A stretch of DNA of 20,000 bases from an uncultured virus (IMG/VR IMGVR_UViG_3300027977_000020) (IMGVR_UViG_3300027977_000020); one strand, 5' to 3'. Positions 8,420 through 16,624 are shown, counted from the stretch's first letter. Numbers and translations are program-made. The notes: generated from the letters alone by a model not told the origin.

Positions 8420-9501
8420 GCTTACAGTTTCACCGCTATCGTACGTATCACAACCGGGCTGTTAAGACTGTTTTTACCCCAACAACAAGTGGATACCCTT
8501 CTGTTTACGAACAAGCACGAAATATTGGTGGGACATTTACACGGATAACCAGTGGTTTGCCTGAACGAAACGTAGCAAACTTCAGCCCCTGTGTCTTAAA
8601 ACACAAAAACTCCACTTTAATTGCGTGGCGAACACAGCCTGAACCGTTTGTATTCCGCCACGACAACAAATATTTCTATTACAACAACACACCTACGGAT
8701 CTTTATGTCGGAGAACTCGTAGGGGACGATTCAATTTGTGCGGCACGAAATTTACGACCGGCTAAACACAGACTTAGCTACGAAGATCCCAGGCTTTTTA
8801 TAAGTCCTGACGATAACTTACAGTGTCAATTTGTAACAAGCACGTATGCAAGTAAATGGGACACAACAAAACACACGCTTATCAAGACCCCTAAAATTTG
8901 CGTCGGAAGCATAAACAAGTTTGGCAACCTAACCGACTGCTTGTTTCCTGATATAGGCACTAATTTACAAGACGGAGGTTCTGAAAAGAACTGGTGTTTC
9001 TACACCGACAAATCAGAACTAAAGCTTTTGTACTCAACAATCCCTTTAGTTATAAAGTCACCTGGAAAACCTGATAAAACTATTGATTCGTCTTGTCTAA
9101 AAGCATTAACAGGCGAACACCCAACTTTTAACTCCACGGCGCCTGTTCTTGTCGATGATGAGTGGCTTGTGTTTTTCCACTGGAAATACATGGTGTATGA
9201 ATTAGATAAAAGACCTTACTTGCTTTACTCCTTAGGTGCATACACACTTGATGAGCAGCAAACAAAAATTACACGCATGATGAAAGAGCCTCTTTTTGTG
9301 GGTTCGACACGAGACGAACTGATAACTTGGACTGATTGTGTAGGCAACGATATATCTAATCAACCAGCTTGTATCTTGCCTTTTGGTTGTTTTATAGAAA
9401 ATGAAGAAGAACTTGTGATGTCCTTAGGTGTGAACGATTGCTTTATAGGTATTTTCAGAACACCCGTGGTTAACGTTTTGTCTTTGTTAAGTCCGGTTTA
9501 A
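8416..9501 (+). CDS. Five-bladed beta-propeller glycan enzyme (GH130-like hydrolase/phosphorylase or GT91-like transferase)
   Basis: NFSPCV, YEDPRL, EKNW, LLYS..P, LPFG and SLGVND motifs; ATGA overlap with GT4. Confidence 0.7.
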   Translation: MSLQFHRYRTYHNRAVKTVFTPTTSGYPSVYEQARNIGGTFTRITSGLPERNVANFSPCVLKHKNSTLIAWRTQPEPFVFRHDNKYFYYNNTPTDLYVGELVGDDSICAARNLRPAKHRLSYEDPRLFISPDDNLQCQFVTSTYASKWDTTKHTLIKTPKICVGSINKFGNLTDCLFPDIGTNLQDGGSEKNWCFYTDKSELKLLYSTIPLVIKSPGKPDKTIDSSCLKALTGEHPTFNSTAPVLVDDEWLVFFHWKYMVYELDKRPYLLYSLGAYTLDEQQTKITRMMKEPLFVGSTRDELITWTDCVGNDISNQPACILPFGCFIENEEELVMSLGVNDCFIGIFRTPVVNVLSLLSPV

Positions 9502-10028
9502 GTTTTCTCTTCGCGTTCAATCGTGCTCCAGACAACAATTGCAGCATCGTCAATTAAAGAGCTCATCGTGGGTTGGTCTTGGAAACTGTTAAGAAGTTCA
9601 CGCAGGCAACGATCTGCTCCGGCAAGTAATAAACCTCGACGGTCAACTCCGTCCGTTAACTGACGAACAGCTTGAATGTGACTACGAAGTTCTTTTTGAA
9701 GGACTGCAATTTTCGTAGCAGCTGTGGCATAATCTAACATACCTGCTACCGTCATTTGTCTGACGTTATCTAAGTCAACTTTTAACGCATCTATTTCAAC
9801 TAATAGATCTTTACGTAGATCACTTTTAGGATATTTCTCTTGAACCCAAGCAGTTATGTCAGATATCGAGCCGGTGTAGTTGGGTGTCAAAAACCGAGCA
9901 TAAAGATAAGCTTCAATATCGCTTACGCTGTTTTTTGCGTAGTATGTAAAGGAATCTCGTTGCGCTTTGTTAAGCGAAGTTAGCCACGAACCGACCGTGG
10001 TTGAGTCCCCAATAGTTGCTTTAATCAC
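9498..10028 (-). CDS. Hypothetical helical protein (176 aa); positional candidate for small terminase
   Basis: GTG start coupled to upstream TGA; coiled-coil-like segments; next minus-strand gene upstream of terL. No diagnostic motif. Confidence 0.4.
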   Translation of the reverse strand: MIKATIGDSTTVGSWLTSLNKAQRDSFTYYAKNSVSDIEAYLYARFLTPNYTGSISDITAWVQEKYPKSDLRKDLLVEIDALKVDLDNVRQMTVAGMLDYATAATKIAVLQKELRSHIQAVRQLTDGVDRRGLLLAGADRCLRELLNSFQDQPTMSSLIDDAAIVVWSTIEREEKT

Positions 10029-10834
10029 GCGAAGAATCGCTGTCCAGCTAAAGCTAGGTTTGCTCCGAATTGTCGTCTTGCAAGATCCGCTTTGGTTTGA
10101 GCTTTAATCTTTGTAAGATCCCCAAGAGTTCTAGCTTGTTCCAGCTGCAACGCCGTTTCACGACCTTGTGACCCAAGAGCTAAGCTGCCTTCTGTATTGG
10201 CTCGAGTTTTGAAAGCACTAGCAACTGCACCTGCTTGTTGTGCAGCTATCTCAGCTTTTGTTTGTTCCTGTAGTGTTTTTAGCCCGATATTAGATTGCGC
10301 TAATGTTTTTGCTAGTTCATTTTCACCGGCAAGACTAGCAGACCCAGCTTGTGCTAAATAATTTGGCCCAGCTAATTCAGTTGAAAGCTTTGCAGCTGCA
10401 AGATTTTTTGCTGTGTCAATTCCAGCTCCAGCGGCGGCAGCTGTGATACTAGCTTGTGTTGCAGATTTTTTCTGAGCTTGATCTAGAGCTTCCTTTAAAA
10501 CAGATAATTGACTACTAGCAATCGTATTTCCCTCAAGACCTAAAGCACCGCCATACGCACCTGTTAGGGTCGCAAGACCTTGCATTGCTGCAGTCAGTGG
10601 GTTATTTGCTGCTGCTGCTTGAGCTCCAAACAGTGCATAGTAATCTATGGGTGCAGCTGTAGTACCGCCACCGCCGCCAAGTGCAGTTTGCGTGGCCATC
10701 CAGTTTTGATCATATGCAGCCTGTTTGCTGGCCTTTTTATCGCCGCCGCCACCAAACAAGCTTCCGAGTAGACCAATACCTCCAGAGGCTAGTCCTGCCC
10801 CTAAACCACCACCAAGTGCAGCAAGAAAGCCCAT
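10025..10834 (-). CDS. Gly/Ala/Gln-rich protein, possible internal virion/ejection protein
   Basis: N-terminal glycine-zipper-like MGFLAALGGGLGAGLASGGIGLLGSLFGGG followed by long Ala/Gln helical stretches. Confidence 0.5.
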   Translation of the reverse strand: MGFLAALGGGLGAGLASGGIGLLGSLFGGGGDKKASKQAAYDQNWMATQTALGGGGGTTAAPIDYYALFGAQAAAANNPLTAAMQGLATLTGAYGGALGLEGNTIASSQLSVLKEALDQAQKKSATQASITAAAAGAGIDTAKNLAAAKLSTELAGPNYLAQAGSASLAGENELAKTLAQSNIGLKTLQEQTKAEIAAQQAGAVASAFKTRANTEGSLALGSQGRETALQLEQARTLGDLTKIKAQTKADLARRQFGANLALAGQRFFA

Positions 10835-10836
10835 GA

Positions 10837-11481
10837 TTAGAAAACGGGTACTCCGGGTTTAAAGGCGGCAGTTGCCTGTTGTGAATAAGGAGCTAAAGCA
10901 GCCAAAACATTTGGATTAGGCATCCCTAGTGTTGCACTTAAGTTCATCATGCCATAAGCAAGTTGTGTATCCCTGTTTATGGTTGCTTCAGTTATTTTTT
11001 GCCACGCGAGAATTGTGTCTCGCTCGGTATCTCTAAAAGTTTTTTCTTGTGAAAGTCGGAATGCTTGTGAACCAGCAATATCTGCTTTTCTTTTGTAATC
11101 CTGATAATCATATTCAAGCCTTTTAGGATAAAACTTTTGTGATGCCTCTGTTTGTCTCCTTGCCATTTCCTCGGCATACTTAAGCAGCGCAAGCTGGTCT
11201 GCTGTAGAACTGCCTCCAAGATCACCGGGGGCATTATTTCTGTCCTGGGGAGGTAAATCTGGGTAAGGAGGAGGAACACTTCCTGCAGGTAGACCAGATT
11301 CCGCAGGAGGCTCAGATCCTACAGGAGGCACAGTAACTGTTGTTTTTGAAGGTTTTGCTTGTCCTTCAGCGTACTTAGAACCTAAATACCCACCAATTGC
11401 AGGTATAGCAAGGCCTCCAGCAAGTCTAAGAAGAGGACCCGCAGCAGCTCCAATAGCAGGAAGAGCAGGAAGAGCAAACAT
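10837..11481 (-). CDS. Hypothetical protein with hydrophobic Gly/Ala N-terminus and Pro-rich linker, possible internal virion protein
   Basis: IGAAAGPLLRLAGGLAIPAIGGYLG, Pro-rich linker, helical C-terminal half; TGATG coupling. Confidence 0.45.
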   Translation of the reverse strand: MFALPALPAIGAAAGPLLRLAGGLAIPAIGGYLGSKYAEGQAKPSKTTVTVPPVGSEPPAESGLPAGSVPPPYPDLPPQDRNNAPGDLGGSSTADQLALLKYAEEMARRQTEASQKFYPKRLEYDYQDYKRKADIAGSQAFRLSQEKTFRDTERDTILAWQKITEATINRDTQLAYGMMNLSATLGMPNPNVLAALAPYSQQATAAFKPGVPVF

Positions 11482-12059
11482 CAGATAGGCCTCGCGAGTT
11501 CAGCTAAAGACGGATCGACAGTTTTTCGAAGTAACTCAGTATCTATTGCTCGAGCAGCATCAAGCGCACTACCTATAGCCTGACGAGCTGTAGCACCTTC
11601 AGCCCCTATTTGTGCTTCTTGAACACGACCCCTTGCCCCAACTTCTGCCAGCATACGTTCCCGTGCACCAGCTTCTTCCATTAATTGACGATTAGTTTGT
11701 ACCATATCGTTAATAATTTGATTAGCGTTTAAATATGTCTTAAAAGGTGCCTCTTGTCCTATCGCTTTAGCTGCTTGATTGGTCGATGCACGACGAAAGT
11801 TCTCGTCATCTACTTGGCGTTGAATAGCTATAATATCAGGCGCAGTAAGATTATATTTAGAACCCTGTGCGGCAGGAATAGGAGGAGATACTAGCCCTCC
11901 ACCACCAGGGTTTACTGCGCCCTGCACAATGCCTCCTCCTACTTTATCAAGAATAAAGTCTGCAATAAAAGCTTCAAGTAGACCACGCCCGAGCCCACCG
12001 CCGCCGCCTCCACCGCCAGAAGCTGTCTGTCCGCCTGAACGAGTAATTCTGGGAGCCAC
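11481..12059 (-). CDS. Gly-rich hypothetical protein, possible internal virion protein
   Basis: Poly-Gly run, amphipathic LLEAFIADFILDKV, helical Ala/Gln C-terminal half; TAGTG coupling. Confidence 0.45.
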   Translation of the reverse strand: MAPRITRSGGQTASGGGGGGGGLGRGLLEAFIADFILDKVGGGIVQGAVNPGGGGLVSPPIPAAQGSKYNLTAPDIIAIQRQVDDENFRRASTNQAAKAIGQEAPFKTYLNANQIINDMVQTNRQLMEEAGARERMLAEVGARGRVQEAQIGAEGATARQAIGSALDAARAIDTELLRKTVDPSLAELARPI

Positions 12060-12301
12060 TACACACCTCCGGGATTGTCGTATTGAGTCCCGCTAAGCGG
12101 TTTCTTCACTGATTTTAGCGGATTTTCCGGTTTAATATTCACTAATCCTAGAGCAAGTTGTTGCGAAGAAGGATACGCAACTGTCTGAGGAAAATTACTT
12201 TCTATGTACATGCTCATAAAAGCATTAGGATCTAATTCAGGAGCAAAGTTTCTAACATCACGCTCCCGAAGTTGTTGTTGGCGAGGCGTTAGGTTTGTCA
12301 T
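12059..12301 (-). CDS. Hypothetical protein (80 aa)
   Basis: ATGA overlap upstream and TAGTG overlap downstream. Confidence 0.7.
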   Translation of the reverse strand: MTNLTPRQQQLRERDVRNFAPELDPNAFMSMYIESNFPQTVAYPSSQQLALGLVNIKPENPLKSVKKPLSGTQYDNPGGV

Positions 12302-12795
12302 GAAAGAGTCTGATATTCTTGCGAAGGAGGAATGTGGCTAGATGAAGGCGCATTCAACATCGAATAATTGGCGCCTAAATTAGGTGTATCGTACTCTGCA
12401 GGACGTTGACTGGACAACATATCCATGTGCTCATCAGACTGAGAAGCAAGTTTAACCAGCAAATCCATAATCAAGTCAAACTCTTCAGGATCGAGCTGAG
12501 AAATTAGCTCCATCAAGTAGTTATCTTCGTGCGGACGTTCGGGTTCTGTACGTAATCGGGATGATAATTGAGCCCGGAGCATAGGCTGAGTATTATTAGG
12601 GTACGCATTCAGTGAACGAGTAGCTCCTGTATACATTCCTTCTTCTTCCATCCCAGGCATAGGAGGAAGCCCACGCCCGAATTCACGAACAACTCGAGCC
12701 GTAATTGGTGCGGCTGCCGCCATTTCAGCAGGAGTTTGGGGTACTGGAAGCCCTAAAACTCGAGCAGCTAACTCGTAATCGGCTTGACTAAACAC
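12298..12795 (-). CDS. Hypothetical protein (165 aa; Pro/Met/Glu-rich)
   Basis: GTG start overlapping the HTH gene end; coupled to the next gene. Confidence 0.7.
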   Translation of the reverse strand: MFSQADYELAARVLGLPVPQTPAEMAAAAPITARVVREFGRGLPPMPGMEEEGMYTGATRSLNAYPNNTQPMLRAQLSSRLRTEPERPHEDNYLMELISQLDPEEFDLIMDLLVKLASQSDEHMDMLSSQRPAEYDTPNLGANYSMLNAPSSSHIPPSQEYQTLS

Positions 12796-13057
12796 CTGAA
12801 CACACTGCTACAGATAAGTCCATTTTACTGTGAATACCCAGTAAATCGCCAGGATTACAATAAAGTGATAAACATAATTTTTCAAGCACATCCGGCGATG
12901 GTATATACTTTGTATCTGTGTAGATACGCCGTGTGGTTGTTGGTGACAAGTCAGCCGTTTTACTAAGAGCAAACGACGAGATATTTTTTGCGTCTAAAAC
13001 GGTTTTTAATTTATTGAAGAGACATCCAGCAGCCGGATGCGACGAATAAAAAGGCAT
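12788..13057 (-). CDS. Cro/C1-type (XRE, HTH_26-like) transcriptional regulator
   Basis: LKTVLDAKNISSFALSKTADLSPTTTRRI...DVLEKLCLSLYCNPGDLL; probable ATG at 13057. Confidence 0.85.
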   Translation of the reverse strand: MPFYSSHPAAGCLFNKLKTVLDAKNISSFALSKTADLSPTTTRRIYTDTKYIPSPDVLEKLCLSLYCNPGDLLGIHSKMDLSVAVCSGV

Positions 13058-13077
13058 TTTAAACAAAATAAGCTATG

Positions 13078-13755
13078 TCAATCATAAAACTTTAAACCCT
13101 CAGATATGTCAACTAAACCAGTACCTGAAAAATGACCGAAAGAAGTTAAATCAATTTTGGGACTTTGAACCCTGCGCCAGCTAAGCATCTCAGAAGGAAA
13201 ACGAATATCGTCTAAAAACAACCAACGAGGTTTTTTTGTAAGTTGCAAACCAGCTAGCAACCTGTAGAACTTTTCTTCAAAAACACCATCTTTAGGTGCA
13301 TCGCACATAATAAAATCAGCCTCATTCATAAGTTTTTTATGTTTTTCAAACGCAGCAACTTGACTTAAATCATCTAAGTACTGAACTACTCGACCCCCAT
13401 TACTAACAAAATCGGCAGACGTTAAGTATGTAGTCTCAAATGTATCCCACGGGGCGAGATCAAACGTGTGAATATCAGCGTTAGGCGCGAAATCGCACAT
13501 AACACGCGTTCCAGTAGCGTAATGCGTTCCTATGTCTACGATACACTTAGGTTTAATATAGTGTAAGAGACCTGCCAACAAGCGATAATGGTCTCCAGGA
13601 AAAGCGTTTGCAAAAGGATTTGTAGATTTTAACTGCGTTTGCGAGGCAAACAACACGGCACCGCAAACTAAAAGGTAATCATCGAAGCTCTGAGCCGCAG
13701 GATCGTCGTCAACTGACAGACAATAGCTTTCAATGTGGTGGCGAACATCAGGCAT
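13078..13755 (-). CDS. Class I SAM-dependent methyltransferase (Methyltransf_24-like)
   Basis: IVDIGT, IHTFD, DFIMCDAPK and LFLDD motifs. Confidence 0.8.
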   Translation of the reverse strand: MPDVRHHIESYCLSVDDDPAAQSFDDYLLVCGAVLFASQTQLKSTNPFANAFPGDHYRLLAGLLHYIKPKCIVDIGTHYATGTRVMCDFAPNADIHTFDLAPWDTFETTYLTSADFVSNGGRVVQYLDDLSQVAAFEKHKKLMNEADFIMCDAPKDGVFEEKFYRLLAGLQLTKKPRWLFLDDIRFPSEMLSWRRVQSPKIDLTSFGHFSGTGLVDISEGLKFYD

Positions 13756-13756
13756 C

Positions 13757-14527
13757 TTAGAACCCCAGGTATTTACGGCGGACGAAGTCTAGATCATAAG
13801 TAACGAAATCTACGGGAAACTCCGGGATATTAAACGGATTTTTGTAGGTTTCGCCGTCAACGTGAGCTTGCCACGCCTCTCCCCATTTGGTGTGTAGATA
13901 TCTCTTGTTTAACTCATGAGCAACATGAATAGCATGCTCTAATCGGGGTTCTGATCGCCAAGTTTGCGAACCATCGGAGTAGTCCTTTCGTCTGCCGTGG
14001 TAATAGTCAGTATCTAAAGACAGTACTCGTTTAACATCGTCATGAATAAAACGCATACCATAATCCATATCCTCACAGTACCCTGGGTATAAGTTCTCAT
14101 CAAATAATCCATATCTCTGCACCATCCAATCTTTTAATAGAAAAATATCCCACCCACCGCCTTTGCCGTGAACTATACCGACTTCGTCATCTTGTGCTTT
14201 CGTATTCATTTCTTCGAGAAACCCAGGTTCATACATCACGTCGTGATTAGAAATAACCCAGTACTTCGCTGTTATGAAAGATTTAATGATTAAATTCCAT
14301 GCACCGGAACATCCAATGTTTGAAGGCAGATGCGTAACATGAACTTTTTTTACAAACGGGTTAGAACAATTACGGATATTGTCAACTGCTTCTGTAATCT
14401 GACCACGACCGTTATTGTTAAAGACAACAAAATTTTCGACTGGGTAGTCGATACTCATAAACAAACGGTGTAACCAGTAAGGGTTGTTGACAATAGCCGT
14501 GCCTAGTACGGGGATCGAGTCGCTCAT
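13757..14527 (-). CDS. GT2-like (GT-A) glycosyltransferase
   Basis: VVFNN, NIGCSGAWN, ISNHDV and GLFDENLYPGYCEDMDY motifs; ATG at 14527. Confidence 0.8.
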   Translation of the reverse strand: MSDSIPVLGTAIVNNPYWLHRLFMSIDYPVENFVVFNNNGRGQITEAVDNIRNCSNPFVKKVHVTHLPSNIGCSGAWNLIIKSFITAKYWVISNHDVMYEPGFLEEMNTKAQDDEVGIVHGKGGGWDIFLLKDWMVQRYGLFDENLYPGYCEDMDYGMRFIHDDVKRVLSLDTDYYHGRRKDYSDGSQTWRSEPRLEHAIHVAHELNKRYLHTKWGEAWQAHVDGETYKNPFNIPEFPVDFVTYDLDFVRRKYLGF

Positions 14528-14640
14528 CAACAGGTCGTCTGTCCCAACATGTTAACACAATAGCTTTACAAAAACACCGGGCACTCAGAGTAAAAAATTA
14601 GAAAATAAATTAGAATTTAGTGTACTTCGCAACAAGTCTC

Positions 14641-14736
14641 ATGGCTGGCATGACCAAAGCAGGTGGTAGCAAAGGCGGTAGTAAGGGTGGCGGTAAAGGC
14701 GGAATGAAGGGCGCCAAAGGCGGTACAAAAAAGTAA
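14641..14736 (+). CDS. 31-aa Gly/Lys-rich basic peptide (MAGMTKAGGSKGGSKGGGKGGMKGAKGGTKK)
   Basis: ATG...TAA in an otherwise AT-rich intergenic gap; repeat kept at protein level with varied codons; TAGAAT at 14611-14616 upstream. Confidence 0.7.
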   Translation: MAGMTKAGGSKGGSKGGGKGGMKGAKGGTKK

Positions 14737-14821
14737 GTTAAAACCAGTAGCTTCATTCGAGCTCTAAAGATCTTGAATGAAGCTGCCCCCACAGCTGGTT
14801 GGCGTTCGTTATAAAAAAAGA

Positions 14822-15451
14822 TTAAACAACTTCTTTTATGTCATAAATATAGTGATTAGAAGTCTCAAACGATCGAGTATTTTCAACTGAATACACAGTA
14901 GTGTCTATTTCATATCCAGGATTCGCAGAAATACGATTAAAAGTCCAGGCACTGTCGTACCACAAAACTCTATTGTTAGGGTAAGCATAATAATTTCCAG
15001 TCTCAACCTTGAATAAGTGAGCACACTTATGCTCTGGTGTTTCTGAATAGTTAAAATCCGTCATGCCTTTGTTCTCAAACGCCCAGTCAAGCGTGAACAT
15101 ATAATCACCTTGGACTTTTGTGCCATCAGGACGGATAAGATCTGCTTTCAACCCAGCAAGGCGATTTCTTCTTTGAACATCCACGTAGGAAGAAAAGCAA
15201 TCCCAGTACATAATCTGATTAAGAGGCTCTATTACAGCGTCAGGTTTCCAGCAAAGTGAATGTAGTGGTCTACGAGTCCAATTTACTCCGTTCTCTAAAA
15301 AGCATTCAAACAAAGGAACTCTTTTCTCCATCGACGCAACGGAGTGAACGTCACAGCGCGACACCTCTCCTTGTCCCTTTTTGTGGTTGTACAAAAATTC
15401 ATTACGGATGTAACAGGACCAATCAGGTAAGTTGTGGTTCAAATAAGCCAT
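14822..15451 (-). CDS. Hypothetical phage protein (209 aa)
   Basis: YIRNEFLY, WDCFS, YMFTLDW, ETPEHKCAH and YPNNR resemble an uncharacterised aquatic-phage family (from recall). Confidence 0.7.
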   Translation of the reverse strand: MAYLNHNLPDWSCYIRNEFLYNHKKGQGEVSRCDVHSVASMEKRVPLFECFLENGVNWTRRPLHSLCWKPDAVIEPLNQIMYWDCFSSYVDVQRRNRLAGLKADLIRPDGTKVQGDYMFTLDWAFENKGMTDFNYSETPEHKCAHLFKVETGNYYAYPNNRVLWYDSAWTFNRISANPGYEIDTTVYSVENTRSFETSNHYIYDIKEVV

Positions 15452-15490
15452 TTGATAACCAGGCCACTCAAAGGAGAACTCCTAATATAA

Positions 15491-15820
15491 CTAGGACTCT
15501 TTAGGTGTCTGCTCTGTCGCCCAGAGTGTACAGGTTCGTTCCGCATAAGAATTGAAGCTATAGCCGTCAACCCCGGAACGGCGTGAAATCGGTGTAGTAG
15601 CTTCTAGGTGCAGCATGCATTTTGTATACGAGGTTTGCCATTTAGCCTCGTATATACTCCCTTTTTTATAATTTGGAATAATACTCACATGGAGAAAATA
15701 GACAAGGCTAAAAAAACCAAACAGCATCATGAACGAAGAGATAAGCTCAGGTGCTTTCCAGAGCAAAGCAACGAGAGGAAGCTGAGGAACGCCAGTAGTA
15801 AAGTTGAATTTAGAGTCCAT
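15491..15820 (-). CDS. Small membrane protein with Cys-containing C-terminal domain
   Basis: Hydrophobic LISSFMMLFGFFSLVYFLHVSII; ATG at 15820 fits the upstream promoter better than 15856. Confidence 0.55.
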   Translation of the reverse strand: MDSKFNFTTGVPQLPLVALLWKAPELISSFMMLFGFFSLVYFLHVSIIPNYKKGSIYEAKWQTSYTKCMLHLEATTPISRRSGVDGYSFNSYAERTCTLWATEQTPKES

Positions 15821-15843
15821 AGAACGCAGGTAGTGACACCTAG

Positions 15844-15872
15844 AGCATAGCATCACAACTGTTGCGTGTCAA
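15844..15872 (-). promoter_or_regulatory. Sigma70-type promoter TTGACA-N17-TATGCT with extended TG
   Basis: Minus strand reads TTGACA cgcaacagttgtgatgc TATGCT. Confidence 0.75.
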
Positions 15873-15889
15873 CAAAGTAGTGCTAGCAT
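15862..15889 (+). promoter_or_regulatory. Overlapping divergent promoter TTGCGT-N16-TAGCAT with extended TG
   Basis: 21 nt upstream of the methyltransferase ATG at 15911. Confidence 0.5.
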
Positions 15890-15910
15890 GCTGGAAACGC
15901 TCACTTTCCA

Positions 15911-16624
15911 ATGGCCACGAGTGCTAAGCCTTCCTTTAAAGAACTCATGTCTCAAATGAAACAAGAGACAACGGAAGCGCCTCGTATCAAGATAGAAGGG
16001 AACAAGAAGAAACTAGATGATCGATATACTTTCAATCAGGGCTGGTATGACGCTTTGTTGAACACCGACATGGTGCTCTCAACCAACAACGAGGCGGCAG
16101 GCTTAAAAATTGACCCACTTGAGCAGCGCCAGATTGTTGAAATTGGTGTCTACGAAGGAGCTTCAACTGTTTTCTGGTCTGATTTTTATCTAGATCACCC
16201 AGATTCGCGTTTGATTTCGATTGATCCTTTTACAGGAAGTGCGGAACACCACGCGGAACCAGAAAAATACCCAGAATTAGCGAATATTGAGCTCACAGCA
16301 AGGTGTAACGCCGCCAAATCTGCCAACGCTGCAAAAATTGAAATAATCAAAGCCTATAGCTGGGGAATTTTTCCTGAATTAATCCGTCGATTTGGACAAG
16401 ATCGTTGGATTGACCTACTTTATATAGATGGAGCACACGACCCAATCTCAGTTGCTCGTGATACGGCACTGTATTTACCTATGGTAAAACCCGGTGGCGT
16501 TTGTATTTTCGACGATTTTGCTCACCCCGAGGTAAAACAAGGTGTTGAAGGTACGCTAGCGGCAACAAATTGCATTGAGTTTGCACTCTTTACAGGTTGG
16601 CAGCTTGCTTGCAAAGTCAAATGA
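15911..16624 (+). CDS. Class I SAM-dependent methyltransferase (Methyltransf_24-like)
   Basis: IVEIGVYEGAS, ISIDPF, DLLYIDGAH and VKPGGVCIFDD motifs. Confidence 0.9.
   Translation: MATSAKPSFKELMSQMKQETTEAPRIKIEGNKKKLDDRYTFNQGWYDALLNTDMVLSTNNEAAGLKIDPLEQRQIVEIGVYEGASTVFWSDFYLDHPDSRLISIDPFTGSAEHHAEPEKYPELANIELTARCNAAKSANAAKIEIIKAYSWGIFPELIRRFGQDRWIDLLYIDGAHDPISVARDTALYLPMVKPGGVCIFDDFAHPEVKQGVEGTLAATNCIEFALFTGWQLACKVK

Noticed and set aside
11995..12018. Short CCG/CCA triplet repeats
   Set aside because: Simply encode a poly-Gly run.
3971..12966. Short antisense or alternative-frame ORFs (3971, 4881, 4906, 5769, 6178, 8056, 9000, 10580, 10992, 12784)
   Set aside because: Nested in or opposite better-supported genes; no motifs or coupling.
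14610..14792. 60-aa Pro/Leu-rich minus ORF
   Set aside because: Reverse complement of the KGG peptide gene, which has the ATG start and upstream -10-like box.
13078..16624. Methyltransferases as DNA methyltransferases
   Set aside because: No DPPY/NPPY or C5 PCQ catalytic motifs; pattern fits Methyltransf_24-type O-methyltransferases.
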